Source: Vitrella brassicaformis CCMP3155 (Eukaryota; Protista; Chromerida). From it: a stretch of 64,000 nucleotides of DNA. Below, in pieces: positions 12,202-24,446 of the stretch (the stretch's first letter is position 1; the number at the start of each line of letters is the position of its first letter). Made by a program: the position numbers and the translations under genes. The stretch is taken from positions 62,001-126,000 of the forward strand of contig CDMY01000376.1 of the NCBI GenBank assembly GCA_001179505.1, written 5' to 3'. A model generated the notes under the pieces. The model saw only the letters and a list, made by a program, of their open reading frames with translations, ran no database searches and was not told the DNA's origin.

Positions 12202-15200
12202 GGTGTTGTTGGTGCAGCAAGAGCACCGAGTGCGAGATTCACATCAGCAAGGACTCGATCAGCGGCATGATCGAGCGGCCGGTGACCCTCAGCGGGTCCG
12301 TCAACGCCATCATGAACGCCATCAGCTCCATCAACGAAATCATCGCCGACATGGTCAACAACGGCAAACTCGGACGTACGCAACGGAATGCGCCAGCTGA
12401 ACACCCCCCCAACACAACACCCATACCATATACACATACATATCCTTTGTATGGTTATTGCTCTCCCCATCTGTGGCTATGCAGCGGGCGACTTTCAGCT
12501 GCCCTCTTCCCAGCAGCAGCAGCAGCCACAGCAGCAGCCACAGCGGCGCAACAACAACAACGGCAGCCACGCTCGGCAGTCGCCATCGTACGACCGCAGC
12601 CCTGCCAACAGCAACCACAGCTCATCACCAGCAGGCACACTGTATGCGGGCACGTCGACCACGGCATATGGTAGGCCGGGGGGCAGCGATATGGGGGCAA
12701 CTAGCAGCGTCGGGGCGGGGGGTGGGGGCGGTGGGGGTAGTGGTGGCTCGTCCGATGCGCCGTCGAAGGTGACGCTCAAGCTCATCACCACCACACAACT
12801 AGGTGCGTACCAACACACACACTGCAGTGTGTGGTGTGGATGGAGAGAGAGAGAGGAAAGAGACAAAGACAGAGGGCGGGGGAATCCATGGATCTCTGTT
12901 GTGTGTTGTGTACCTACCTTAGCTGGTTGGATAGTTGGCAGGGGCGGCGTGCACGTCAAGGAGCTGCAGAGCAAGACGGGCGCCACGGTGTACATCGACA
13001 ACGACACCGCCGGGCACCACCCACTGCTTGCCGGGCAGGAGCGCCTGATCATCATTCAAGGTGCAGTACAGCCAGCGGATGCCCTTACGTGGGCTGTGGA
13101 CTTGGGGGATGGCTGGTCGGCTCACGTGTTGGTGTGTTGGGTGGTGTACTGGGCGTGTGTAGGGTCGATCATGTCGAAGCGCAATGCCCTGCGGATCCTC
13201 ATCACGCAGCTGGAGACCAGGGCAGAGGTAGATCACAATCCTGTGCACTGCACTGCACGTGTGTAAATCTGTGGCTGTGGTGTGTTGGACAGGGTAGTGT
13301 GTGTCGGATGGTGATCCCTGCCAGCACAGTGAAGGAGCTCATCGGCAGACAGGGGCAAAGGGTGAGGAGTGAGTGAGTGACCCGATAGCTAGGATGGGCG
13401 TGGGGGCGGATGGGATGTGTGTGTCTTCATTCATCATCTCACTCAGATTGACGGCATGGTGCGCCAGTCGGGCTGCCAGATCCACGTGCAGAAGGAGGTG
13501 CCCAACGGGTGCGAAGAGCGGCCCGTCAATATCACGGGTACGTCTAGTCTAGTCTCTGCACGCCCCTCCCTCCCTCCCTGTCTATGTGCCCCTCCCTGTG
13601 TGTGTGTGTGTGTGTGTGTTTGCGCGTGTGAAAGGTGCGTTTGAGAATAAGCTGCACGCGGCTCAGCTGCTGCACCACAGACTAGAGGAGATCGACGACC
13701 CTGAGGTAGGTGCAGAGCAGACCCCCCCCCCCCCCCCNNNNNNNNNNNNNNNNNNNNNNNNNNNNNNNNNNNNNNNNNNNNNNNNNNNNNNNNNNNNNNN
13801 NNNNNNNNNNNNNNNNNNNNNNNNNNNNNNNNNNNNNNNNNNNNNNNNNNNNNNNNNNNNNNNNNNNNNNNNNNNNNNNNNNNNNNNNNNNNNNNNNNNN
13901 NNNNNNNNNNNNNNNNNNNNNNNNNNNNNNNNNNNNNNNNNNNNNNNNNNNNNNNNNNNNNNNNNNNNNNNNNNNNNNNNNNNNNNNNNNNNNNNNNNNN
14001 NNNNNNNNNNNNNNNNNNNNNNNNNNNNNNNNNNNNNCCCCCCCCCCCCCCCCCCCCTCTGACACGCACACACACAGACGTGCTGTCCATCCCATCACAC
14101 ACACAGGGTGCGGCGCGTGTGCCCCTCGCCCCTCTGTATGGTGGCGGCGCCAACATCCGTGTAAGATGGCCGAATGAACACCGAATCAGTTAACCCTATC
14201 TATGTGTGTGCGATTGCATGTGTGTGTGTGTGTATGTGTGTGCAGTCTGCGAGCGACCAGGTCATGGACGATGGCTTCGACTACCGCGCGGCAAACAACA
14301 TGTCCACGTAAGATAAGAAACCAACCAGACAGACACAACACCGTACGTGGATCCATCCATCCAGCCAGCCAGCCAGCCAGCCAGATGATGTGGGTGTCTA
14401 TGTGTGATTGTACATCAGCAGCAGTGGTGGGGGCCAGGGAGGGGGTGTGGTGCTGGAGCCTGCACCGCGCTCCACTTATCAGCAGCAGCAGCATCACGAC
14501 GGCCCATCGGGGGCCGGGGGCAAGGGAGGGGCCCACATCACACCCGTCAAAACTTACGAAGGAAGTAAGCCAAGCCACTTGATCTTCACCAGCGCCAGCA
14601 CCAGCACCATGACACAGGCGCAAATCAATCAATGCCGCCCTGTGTGTGTGTGTGTGCATGGCATGTGATCTGCAGGTGTGGGTGTGGGTGTAGGAGTCGG
14701 TGTGGGTGGGGCCGTGGGTGGCCCGCCGACCAACGGCGGTCACTGCAACGGCAGCGGCAGCGCTGCCACCAGCACTAGCGAACAGAGCCAAACAAGCGAG
14801 GGCCGCTTCTTCACCAACATGATGGCTCACACGTAGGCAAGGGACGCGCGCAGACAGACAGACAGACAGACAGACAGAAGGTACCAGTCAAACGCATTGC
14901 ACGTTCCTTCATGTGTGTGGTGCAGTAGCATGCGTGTGTTGACGACGCCCCAGACGTTCAACGTGGAGATCAGCCTGCCCAAGAGCCAAGTCGACTTCCT
15001 CTGCTGTGTGTACTCACATAACATAACACACACTCATCCACCAGCCTAACCGTGTGTGTGTGTGTGTGTGTATGAAGCTGGTCGCGGCTATGCGATGAAC
15101 AACATCTCCGACCGTTCTGGGTGCGTCATAGCTGTGGGCTACGACGTCCCCAACCAGCAAAACCGCACAGTCACTCTTACAGGTACACACACCCACACAC

Positions 15201-15355
15201 ACACACACACAGAAGGCGCTTCCTTTATCCTATACATCTTCCTGCCCCTGCCTGTGTCTGTGTCTGTGTCTGTGTGGTGTTGTGTGTCAGGTACCCCACT
15301 GGCCAACGCCACGGCGTTGCTGTTGATACAGGAGAAGCTCATGGAACTCAGATAG
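11362..15355 (+). CDS. Multi-KH-domain RNA-binding protein (PCBP/HEN4/Nova-like; four GxxG KH domains plus a degenerate C-terminal KH)
   Basis: YIVGKSGQHIRQITDDSGASIDV, IIGQRGNTINELCKSTECEIHI, WIVGRGGVHVKELQSKTGATVYI, LIGRQGQRIDGMVRQSGCQIHV. Last exons ...NNISDRSGCVIAVG...RTVTLTGTPLANATALLLIQEKLMELR*. Start uncertain; one gap inside the gene. Confidence 0.88.
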
Positions 15356-16492
15356 ATAAGTAGACTGACTTATAGACAGACACAGAGAGGGAGGGGGGCA
15401 GGCTAGTTAGCTCGGCGTGTCGTATGCTAGAAGGGTGGGCGGGTGGGCGGCCCGGCGTCTCTGTCTGTCTGTCTGTCTGTCCGTAGGATTTGGCCTTTTC
15501 TCTCTTGTTTCTCTTCTTTACCTCCTCCCTCTTGCTTTGGCGTGTGTGTGTCTGTGTGTATGTGTGTGCGGTGTGTCGACTGACACGCACCTCGGGGGTT
15601 GGGGGGGGGGTTGCTTAGTGGTCGCCTTGCCAGCGGTTAGACCGAGGAGGGCCCAGCCATCTGGCGGACAGGACAGAGATGCATGGCTGCCTTCGTGCGT
15701 GCCTCTTCGTTCGTCTGTCTCTCTCTGTCTGTCTGTCTGTCTGTCTGTCTCGTGTGTATATCGAGCGCACCGAATGATTTCCCCCCTCTTTCTCCCCCTG
15801 TCTGTCTGCCTTCCTGCCTCCCCCGCCTACAGAGCCGCCCCTTCCCCTCCCGCCACTCCCTGTGATGAATGTGTGGCTTTCTTTCATTCAGCAGCTGGCA
15901 GGGAGGCCGGGAAGTGTGCCTGCATTTGGCGCCTCCCTCCCGAGTGCAGGCATTAGTGCCATGCGTATGGGTATGTATTTTTGCGTGGGGGGCTGGAGGC
16001 GACCAGCGACTGACTTGTGTAGCTATCTATGGGTTTGTATGCCATGCATCTCTCTGACTGTCTTTCTCTCTCCTCTGTGGCGACTGACTAACTGCATTGA
16101 TCGATCTGTATGTGTCAGTGCATCTGGCAGGGCCGTGCCGTGCGTGAGTGAGTGAGTGAGTGAATGGCGAGGGGCGGGTAGGTGGTGGGCTGACTGGCCG
16201 CTGTGTGTACCTTCATGTGAGCCCGAGTGTAAGGGACTTGACGCGCATGCGCCTTGGTAGAATAAACGTCACTTGCAAGTGGGTGTGTGTGGGTGTATAT
16301 CTGCCGTCTGCTGCTGCACACGCACACGCACAATACGCAAACCCCACGCTTAATCAGGCCTCAATGAGCACGCCAGCCGGCCCTCCAGCGCCTGCAATGG
16401 GAAAGAGCCTTTCGAAGCGATCGCCTGTGCGAGCTTAGAGGCGCAAGAGAGGAAGCGGAGAGACCAAACGCACAGATCAGCAGCAGAGAGGG

Positions 16493-18331
16493 ATGAAGGA
16501 AGACGACTCGCGGCAGGGCCCTGCTCCCACTTTTCTGTTTGCAGTGGTCGCAGCGCTCTTCGCCTCCATCTTCCTCGCCCTTCTCCTCCTCGACGTGGCT
16601 TGGCCCTTCGAGCTGCCGCCACTCATGCGGTCCGCCACATCTCCGCCATGCACACGTGTGAGGACCGCCGCAGCCTCGACGCCCGTGCTGCCGATAGTTG
16701 GGCCGGGCCATGTGCTGCGGCGACCAGCAAACACCACTTGGGTGCCGGTTGTGGTTGCCCCAACATCCGAGCAGCTGAGTGATTACAGGACCAAGGTGGC
16801 GCTTGTGTGGAGTTTTATGGAGTCGACGGGCAGCCGGGAGGCGTTCCCTTTGCTCATGAACTACCTCGGGCTGCAGAACACAGGTACGCACTCATGGGAA
16901 TCCATCCATCCATCCATTCAGTGGACCATTACGTCACGTCACGGTGCGTATGTGCCCCTCCCTTGTTTGCAAGGGTCTGGCGGTGAGGTGGGAGTGGGCG
17001 ACTTTTCATACAGCGACAGAATGCTCAGGCTATGGTGGGTGGGTATCCAAGGACAGACAGTATGGCCGATGTGCGCTGTACTCTCTCTCTCTCTGTGTCT
17101 GTGTGTGTGTGTTCAAGGAAGCCCAACTACTGGACGGCTGTGGACATCCTTAAGCCTGCAGTATATATGAAGCGAGCCGAGTCGTTTGTGCGCCACCAGT
17201 TCAAGTAGCTACCTACACAAGAGACAGCAGGCTCCACTAGTTATATTGACACAGATGGAAGGATTGACGGGCGTCATTCTTGTGTCGGTGTGCCATCCAT
17301 CAGTGTATCGCTCACACTGCACCAGGGCAAAAGCTGGAAAGGTGAGGTGGGGCTGAATGGCATGGGCCCATTCACAGACAGGGCACACGTGAGACCTTCG
17401 CTTGTCGCTCTCTCTTTTGTCGCCACCAGTCGCTGGCAAGCTGGGGGAGGGGAGCTTTGACTTCCTGTACATCGACGGTGGGAAGGAATGGCAAGAAAGG
17501 ATGGATGGATGGATGGATGTGCATGCCGCGTCTTCACAACTCGTTCAGCGAGCCATCAGTACAAGTCCGTCAAGAAGGACCTCAAGGTAAGGTAGGTAGG
17601 CTCAGCTGTCTCATAAGCTCATGAATCCCCCGCTGCACGCATCAGTTGCGCTGCATTGCCTGCCCCCTGACTGACCGGCTGCAATGTGTCACGTCGTGTG
17701 TGACCGCACTGCAGGCGTACTTTCCCAAGATCAAGCCAGGGGGCATCCTTGCTGGACACGACTTCTGTGGCACGTGAGGTTTCAGACATGTCCAGACAGA
17801 CACTCCTACAAGACATGCTGACGGATGCGTCTTTTGCAGGAAGAAAAAGAGGTCGCTGCACATGAGTGGCGAGCAGATCGACGTGCCGTGGTGCGGCAGA
17901 TACAGCATCAAATCACACTCGAAACGGTGGGAGGGAGGGTTGGTGAGGCGAGCCATCCATCCGTCCACCTACCCACATGCAGAGACATCAACAATCGCCG
18001 GTTGATGTGTGGATTGTGATGGTTTGTGTGTTTCGTGTGTGTGTGCGTCTGACATACCCAGGTGGAGCAAGATGGGCAAGGAGGTCCACAACCAGATCGG
18101 AGTCGTCCGCGCCATTCTGGAGTTTGCAAGAGGTGGGTGTGGGGAGTTTCCGTGTTTTGCTCTTTCTACATACTGTCGTGACTTTGTTTCCCTCTAATGT
18201 TGTCGTTGACAGCGGAGGGCATCAGTGTTGACTTCACGCGAGAGGACCAGCGGCCGAACGACCTGTACAGCGACCATGGTGGCCCCGCGCCACACCTCAA
18301 CCCGTCATGGTATCTGTTGAAGCCATGGTGA
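16493..18331 (+). CDS. Type-II membrane class-I SAM-dependent methyltransferase (Methyltransf_24-like)
   Basis: N-terminal TM (FLFAVVAALFASIFLALLLL). GGEVGVGDFSYS, SFDFLYID|ASHQYKSVKKDLK|AYFPKIKPGGILAGHDFC, GVVRAILEFAR, NPSWYLLKPW*. One middle exon is unresolved. Confidence 0.8.
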
Positions 18332-18632
18332 GTTGATATCAACTGCCTGTCTGTCTCGGGTGCTTGGGTGCATGTGTGTGACCTTCCGTCCGTGTGTGAA
18401 TGAGTGTGTGCATACAGTCCATTCGCTCAGCGACGCAACCAGCAGTATCCATCCACTTTTCATGCCAGCCAGATGGCCATCACTCACTCACCGTGGCCCA
18501 CGCATCCGTCCATTGGAGAATGAAGGCACACCCACCCACTCACGCACGAAAGCACATTTGGGTGTCTGTCTATACAGCAGCAGCCGTCACGCTCAACACA
18601 TTATCACATTCACGCAGCTCAGCTCGCCTCAC

Positions 18633-20799
18633 TCATCCAGGTGCCCGTACAGGCGGCAGAGTAAAGTCCGTCATGCTGACGACCTTGATGGCGCTCAGCT
18701 CTCGGACGGTCTTGTCCCTCTCGCCCAGCGGCATGTCCACCCGATACACGGCCTCGTACGACTCGTCCAGAGAGCCCTCGTGCAGACTGTACAACAGAAT
18801 GTTCTGACGGGGGTGCCACCTACACACACACACACACACACGCAAATGCGCGAATGCGGGCGTGTTGTGTTCTGCGTTTAGTCCCTCACTTGCATTTGGT
18901 GATGTGCGTGTGTTCCTTGCCGGGGGCCCAGCTGTGGACGAGCACGTCCGTGTCGACGCCCCAGATGAAGACCATCTGGTCGTACGGACCCCCCAGTGCC
19001 AGCAGACTGCCGTCATGATTCACCGACAAAGTGCCGATGCTCTACACACACACATACACACATAGAGGGAGGGAGAAAAGACGATGTGCGGCTCTCTCTC
19101 CGTCCTTGTGTCAGCCCCACCCCTCCACCCACCCCAGTGGAGCATGCGATTGTCTTGGGGCAAGTCATTGTCTGCAGGTCCCACAGCTCCACCAGCCCAT
19201 CGTCATAGCCGCAGGCCATCCACTCGCCTCCGGGGTCGGCCGCCAGCGTCGTGACGGCGCTCGTCTCGTCCGTCTGACGCAGAATGGCGCCGCCCTTGGA
19301 CAGGTGCACGCGCTGCTCGCCAGGGAGGGGCTGACCGCGGTAGACCTCCAGGTAGCTCTGGGAGGCCACAAACAGATACTCGCCAAGAGAGTCGTAGGCA
19401 AGGGCCTCAATCTATGCAGAGAAAAGACAAAGGGGAGCCTGCGTTGCATCCATTGGGGTGCGTGTGTGTGTGTATGTATGTGTGTGTATGTCCTGACTGA
19501 GTTGTTGCCGTATTTCTTGTCTGATGCTGGGATGGGCCGCGAGGCCAGCCGGATGTCGTAGATCTGCACACACAGCAACGATCCAACCACACCTACCTAC
19601 CTTTGCCGTCGTCCCATCCTCCCCCGTACCGTACCGTCAGTTTGTCCCTGCTGTCTGCGATTGCCAGGACGGTTCCATCTGGCCGCCATGCCAGCCGCTG
19701 AGGCCAATCGTCACGCATCTCAGCCTGCAGTGGACACACGACATACGGGTGTTCCCTTGTCTCCATAATTGCGTTGTGCCTGATTACCCTGCCGAGCTCC
19801 TTGGCCTTTGCCACGGCCGGTGTTCTGATGGGCTGGGTGGTGCGGGCGGGGCTGCCGGTGGCCGACGGGCCGCTCCTCGGATCAACACGAATGTCCTGAA
19901 AATGACAAGCAACACACACAGAGAGAGAGAGAGAGAGAGAGGGAGGGAGCGCATTGGGCTGTCGTGATTTGGCGTGTGCGTGTGCGTGTGCGTGTGGGTG
20001 ACGTATGTACATACATAAATGGCGAGTTTTCTGTTGCTTCTGTGTCCGAGCGCGAATATGTGGTCCTGCTTGGGGTTGGCAGCCGCACACTCGTACTTGT
20101 CGTCGTCGGACGACACCTCACACGCCACTTCAAAGTCGTGAGTCGACTGACACACACACACACACACACACACATAAAAGGCAAGCGATGTGAGAGCCTA
20201 AAGCACATCTGTGAGTGGGTGCATGAGTGAGGGTGTCCCACCCCACCCACCTCACCTGCTGCGGTGCTGTTTTGCAAACCCAGACCTTCTCACGACAACA
20301 CACAATGAAATAATCACCTGCACGTGAGATGCATAGGGAGCGCACACCGCCGACACACAACAAGGAAGGACACACAGGCATACAAATCAGATCTGATGTG
20401 TGCGCCTCTCTCTCGGCGGCTCACCCGATGAGCTCCAATCGAGGCTCCGCACGCCCAGACCCTTCCGAGTCTGAATGACCACACACAGACACACAGATAC
20501 GTGCGATCGATGGTGATGTCACATCAATCACATCGCCACGGCAGGCAGTCATCACCTCTGCCGCTCGCCTCGGCGGCGTCCATCTGGTATCTCTGAGGCC
20601 GAACTCTTGGAACTCCTGCTTCTGCTGTAGCTCAAAGGTGCGGCGCTGCGACAGATACGCCGCCAGCACGGCAGGGTCGGACGGCACTGAAGCGGACAAA
20701 CAAACAGAGCATCAGGGATATCCCTCTGAGTCATGGACGCTCACCTTGATACCGCTTTGTGACCAGCTGTGTGATGTCTGAGCCCGTCACTGACGACAT
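18633..20799 (-). CDS. WD40-repeat protein, THO complex subunit 3 (THOC3/Tex1)-like
   Basis: TTLAADPGGEWMACGYDDGLVELWDLQTMTCPKTI, IGTLSVNHDGSLLALGG and WHPRQNILLYS follow the THOC3 C-terminal blades. Start MSSVTGSDITQLVTKRYQ|VPSDPAVL. Confidence 0.68.
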
Positions 20800-20966
20800 C
20801 TCAGCGACGCAGAGCTCAGGGAAGGCTGTCAGTCAGTCAGACCAGCATCTGACCGACCTGCGGGAAGATCGCTGACAGATCTGCTGTCGTGTGTGGCGAA
20901 ATGAGCAGACGGGGGTGATGGAAAGGGCCACAAACACACGAGGGAGCCTTCCGCGCAGCGGATTTC

Positions 20967-20970
20967 AAAA
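20967..20970 (-). terminator. Pol III oligo-T terminator of tRNA-Tyr
   Basis: TTTT begins 2 nt after the discriminator base on the minus strand. Confidence 0.7.
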
Positions 20971-20971
20971 G

Positions 20972-21054
20972 TCCGGTGAGACTGAATCGAACAGCCGACC
21001 ATCTGATATCCCCGCAGCTACAGTCAGACGCTCTACCAACTGAGCTATCACCGG
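20972..21054 (-). tRNA. tRNA-Tyr(GUA) with a 10-nt intron after position 37
   Basis: CCGGTGA/TCACCGG acceptor stem, TAGCTCAGTTGGTAGAGC D arm, TCTGA-CTGTAG-[CTGCGGGGAT]-A-TCAGA anticodon arm, GGCTG-TTCGATT-CAGTC T arm. 83 nt = 73 + 10. Confidence 0.95.
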
Positions 21055-21262
21055 ATTGTGAGATGCAGGGGTCATGAAGGTATGTAGGCAGCACAGCACA
21101 TCCCCTGCACCTTTAGAGCCCTGTTTCTCAAGTTCTGGGACGAGTGGAGGAGCGATGACTCACTGAGACGCCCAAGTCTCACTAAACACGGAGATCTAAG
21201 CTTCCCCCTGTCAGGCCGCCTAGGGTGCTCCCTGAAACTGCTGCAGGCCTTCAAGTGCAGAA

Positions 21263-23489
21263 ATGGACGACCTATTGCTTCACGTGTTTGTGATAGCGCC
21301 AGCCATCCGGTGGCTCATCTCACCGCAGAGACCATGGGACAAACGATTAGGTCACAGACACAGATCATCAGCAACCAGGAGGCCTGAAGATGAGATGCAT
21401 GACTAACTGTCTGCCTGCCGTGTGTTCAGGTGTGATCATGGCCATCACTGCCTTGGGCGCCATCGCCGTCTATCAGGTTCGTTCGCTCGCTGATCTTTCC
21501 GCGCACATGACACATCAAGCACTGCTCACTGTGTGTGTGCTTTCTGCTCTCCTGGTTGATTGGTCAGTGTCAGCGGGAGGAGTCGAATCACTATGATGTG
21601 TTGGGCGTGTCGCCATTCGCCACCAAGGCCGAGATACAGACCGCTTACAGGCGGCTCTCACTCCAGTACCACCCTGTACGGCTGCAGCACACGCACCACC
21701 ACATGGACCATCGATGTGTGCGCGTGTGTGTGTGTGTGTGTGTGGACAGGACAAGCACTCCGACCCGAAGGACAAGGACAAGGCCGTCAAGACATTCAAC
21801 AAAATCAGAGACGTACGTCGAACAAGCAGCAAGGCACACAGGCATGGTGCACCCGGCGATGGACGGCTGTGTGTGTGCGTGCAGGCTCAGGAGGTGTTGA
21901 AGGATGACAAGAAGAGGCGGACGTACGGCCGGTTCGGTGACTTCAACAGTAAGACCGCATGTACGCAAACACGCAGCCAGCCAGCCGTGGACACACACAC
22001 GTCACGTGGGGATGATTACACAATGTCGACGGCCGAACGTCCAAATGCATACACACACACGTGCAGTGCAGTGGAGTGCAGCGGACGCTGACTGACATCT
22101 ACGCATGCTAGCTACTAGACATGACCACTACACAGACAGACAGACAGCAGACAGACAGAGGTGCATCAGGTGTGTGTGTGTGTGTGTGCGTGCAGCTGAG
22201 ATTGACGACCGTCACTTCTTCGACGTGGTTGTGGTTGCGCTCCTCCACGGCCTCATCTCGTTCCTCTTCGGCTTCCTGTACACCTTCTCCAAAGAGACTC
22301 AAGTGGCCAGACAAGTATGTAGGCAAGTCACTTTGACACACCACAGGGCGGCAGACACAGCACATCAGTCAGCTGAGGAGGGACATCTCATCTGCCGGCG
22401 ATTTGTTTGTCTGTCTGTCTGTTCGTGACGTCAGGTGTTCCTGAGCTACCTGTTGGTGGCCTTTTGTCTGGACCTGCAGCTGCGGTTCGGCGGGCCTAAG
22501 AGTGACGAGTTCCTCTGGTGGATCCCCGCATTCGGAAGATACCTCGTATTCGAGAAGATCAAAGTAAGCATGCCGGCCCCTCACACACAGTCTCATGGTT
22601 CGTCCCTGTCATCTCTTTCTCTCTCTCTCTGTTTTTGTTTGTCTCTTTGCGTGTTGCCTGCAGGTGTTGCAGAAGCTGTCTCCCATCGTGTTGAATGGCT
22701 CCATCCTGATAGCGTCTGCCATGCACACTGACAAGGAGAGCGGCCTCGAGTTCCTCGGACGCACACTCCTGCACACAAACCTGGAAATCGTCAACAGGTT
22801 CATCCTAAACACACACAGTCATTGATTCCCTTCCTTCACTCACCTGTCTGTGTGCGTCCATCAGGATGGAGGCGACGATGGAGCGGTGTGGTGTGGCAGC
22901 GCTGCAGGACAACCCCCACGCCCTCAATGGACAGGCAGACACGGACAACGGATCACGACCGCCCGCCGAAACCGACATGCCATCAGCCACAAACGGATCA
23001 CCAACAGAAGGCTTGCGTGACCGGAGGAGAGGGTCGCAGCAGCATCAACAACAGCAACACACACAAGAAGACACGTGTCCAGCACCAGCAGCAGCATCAG
23101 CCTCAGCCTCTGAGGGCAGGAGGGAGAGGGGGAGGGGCGGCAGCGACGCCTCTCATGCGATGACTGCCATGCTTGACACGCCGCCGCCCGGAATGGGTGT
23201 GTCGGCGACGGAGCTGTGTCAGTGGAGTGCGGATCAGGCCAGGGATCTGCAGGAATTCGTCAAGACAAGGGTCAGTCAGTCAGCACTGCACTGCACGACA
23301 CACACAGAGCAGACAGATTGCAAGTGATGTATGTGCGAAAGGACAGACAGACTTGTGTGTGGGTGGGGTCTGTGTGTGTGTGTCTGTATGTGTGTGGCAT
23401 AGGCTGAGCAGTCGAAGAGGGGCGGCATGTGGAGCATCGGCACCTTCATCTTCCTTGGCATACTCTTCTTCAAACTATTCCTCTCATGA
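21263..23489 (+). CDS. Membrane-anchored J-domain (DnaJ/Hsp40 type III) protein with several TM helices
   Basis: NHYDVLGVSPFATKAEIQTAYRRLSLQYHP|DK (HPD split by an intron), AQEVLKDDKKRRTYGRFGD. Hydrophobic segments before and after the J domain. Ends GMWSIGTFIFLGILFFKLFLS*. Confidence 0.85.
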
Positions 23490-23958
23490 CAGACATGACC
23501 GAGTGAGTGCGTGTGGATGTGTGTGCTGACTGACTGACTGACTGATTTTTATCCATGACCTTTGTGTGTGTGTCTGTGTGTCTGACGTGCCTCCTCCACT
23601 TGACAATGTGTGGAGCCCAGCCACATGTCTATCAAGCGAACAGCCCCTTGCTCCATGTCATGAAAAGCCATTGAGAGAGCCATGATTGTCGCCCACAGTG
23701 CACACACAGCCATGGCATGTAGCGGCACATAAGCACCCACACACACTCATATATCAACACACCACACCCCTTTCCCCAGTGTCAGTCAGTCAGCAAGCCT
23801 GTCGTTCCACCCCACCCCACCCCACCCCATCTAAGCACTACACACGCCCAACGCCCCTCCCCTGTACACACCACACCCTCTATCGCCCTCATCCATCCAT
23901 CCATCCATCCTACGGCCATGACAGCAGGCCAGGCCATCAATACCATCACTCGCTCCGA

Positions 23959-24204
23959 TCAGACCGTCCGCTCCTTGTGCTGCTGCTGTCCTGCCGGCCC
24001 CCGCTCCTTGGCCGCCTTGAGGGCCGCCGCCTCCCTCCGCAGCTCCAGGACAATCCGAGCGAGTGCCTCCGGGTTGACGCCCTGCTCGCACAGGCACACC
24101 AGGATGGTCAGCTCGTCCCGGCTCAGCCCAGTGTTGAGCAGAGTCGCCATCTCGTGCAGAATGTCCATCACCTCGTCCGTATCACGGCTGGCCGAATCTG
24201 ACAT
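23959..24204 (-). CDS. MZT1: Mitotic-spindle organizing protein 1 (MOZART1), gamma-tubulin complex
   Basis: EVMDILHEMATLLNTGLSRDELTILVCLCEQGVNPEALARIVLELRRE is the MZT1 signature; 81 aa, single exon. Confidence 0.93.
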   Translation of the reverse strand: MSDSASRDTDEVMDILHEMATLLNTGLSRDELTILVCLCEQGVNPEALARIVLELRREAAALKAAKERGPAGQQQHKERTV

Positions 24205-24446
24205 GATCTTTCCGCCGGAGTTGGATGGGTAAACACGGAACACTCGTGCTGGTGAGGGGTGTAGGAGGATCCAATGCTCTCCACCACAAAACAGCGGCGG
24301 AGGGATCGCTCTTGAGCTTGCAATCCCATTCGTTCTCTCCCCTCCGAGAGAACGAACGCGACACCGGCGATCTAAAACCGATACCGGTGTAGACAGATCT
24401 GTGTGTTGATCTTCGCCTTTGAGCAGTTGCAGCTGATCTATCAGCG

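Noticed and set aside
20837-21094. 85-aa minus-strand ORF
   Set aside because: It is the translation of the tRNA-Tyr gene, a shadow ORF.
21150-21240. Possible C/D snoRNA or structured RNA (GCGATGA...CTGA; TGAGAC-gcccaa-GTCTCA hairpin) between the tRNA and the DnaJ gene
   Set aside because: The C box is mismatched, there is no proper terminal stem, I recognised no rRNA antisense element, and a 6-bp hairpin is expected by chance. An Infernal/Rfam scan would settle it.
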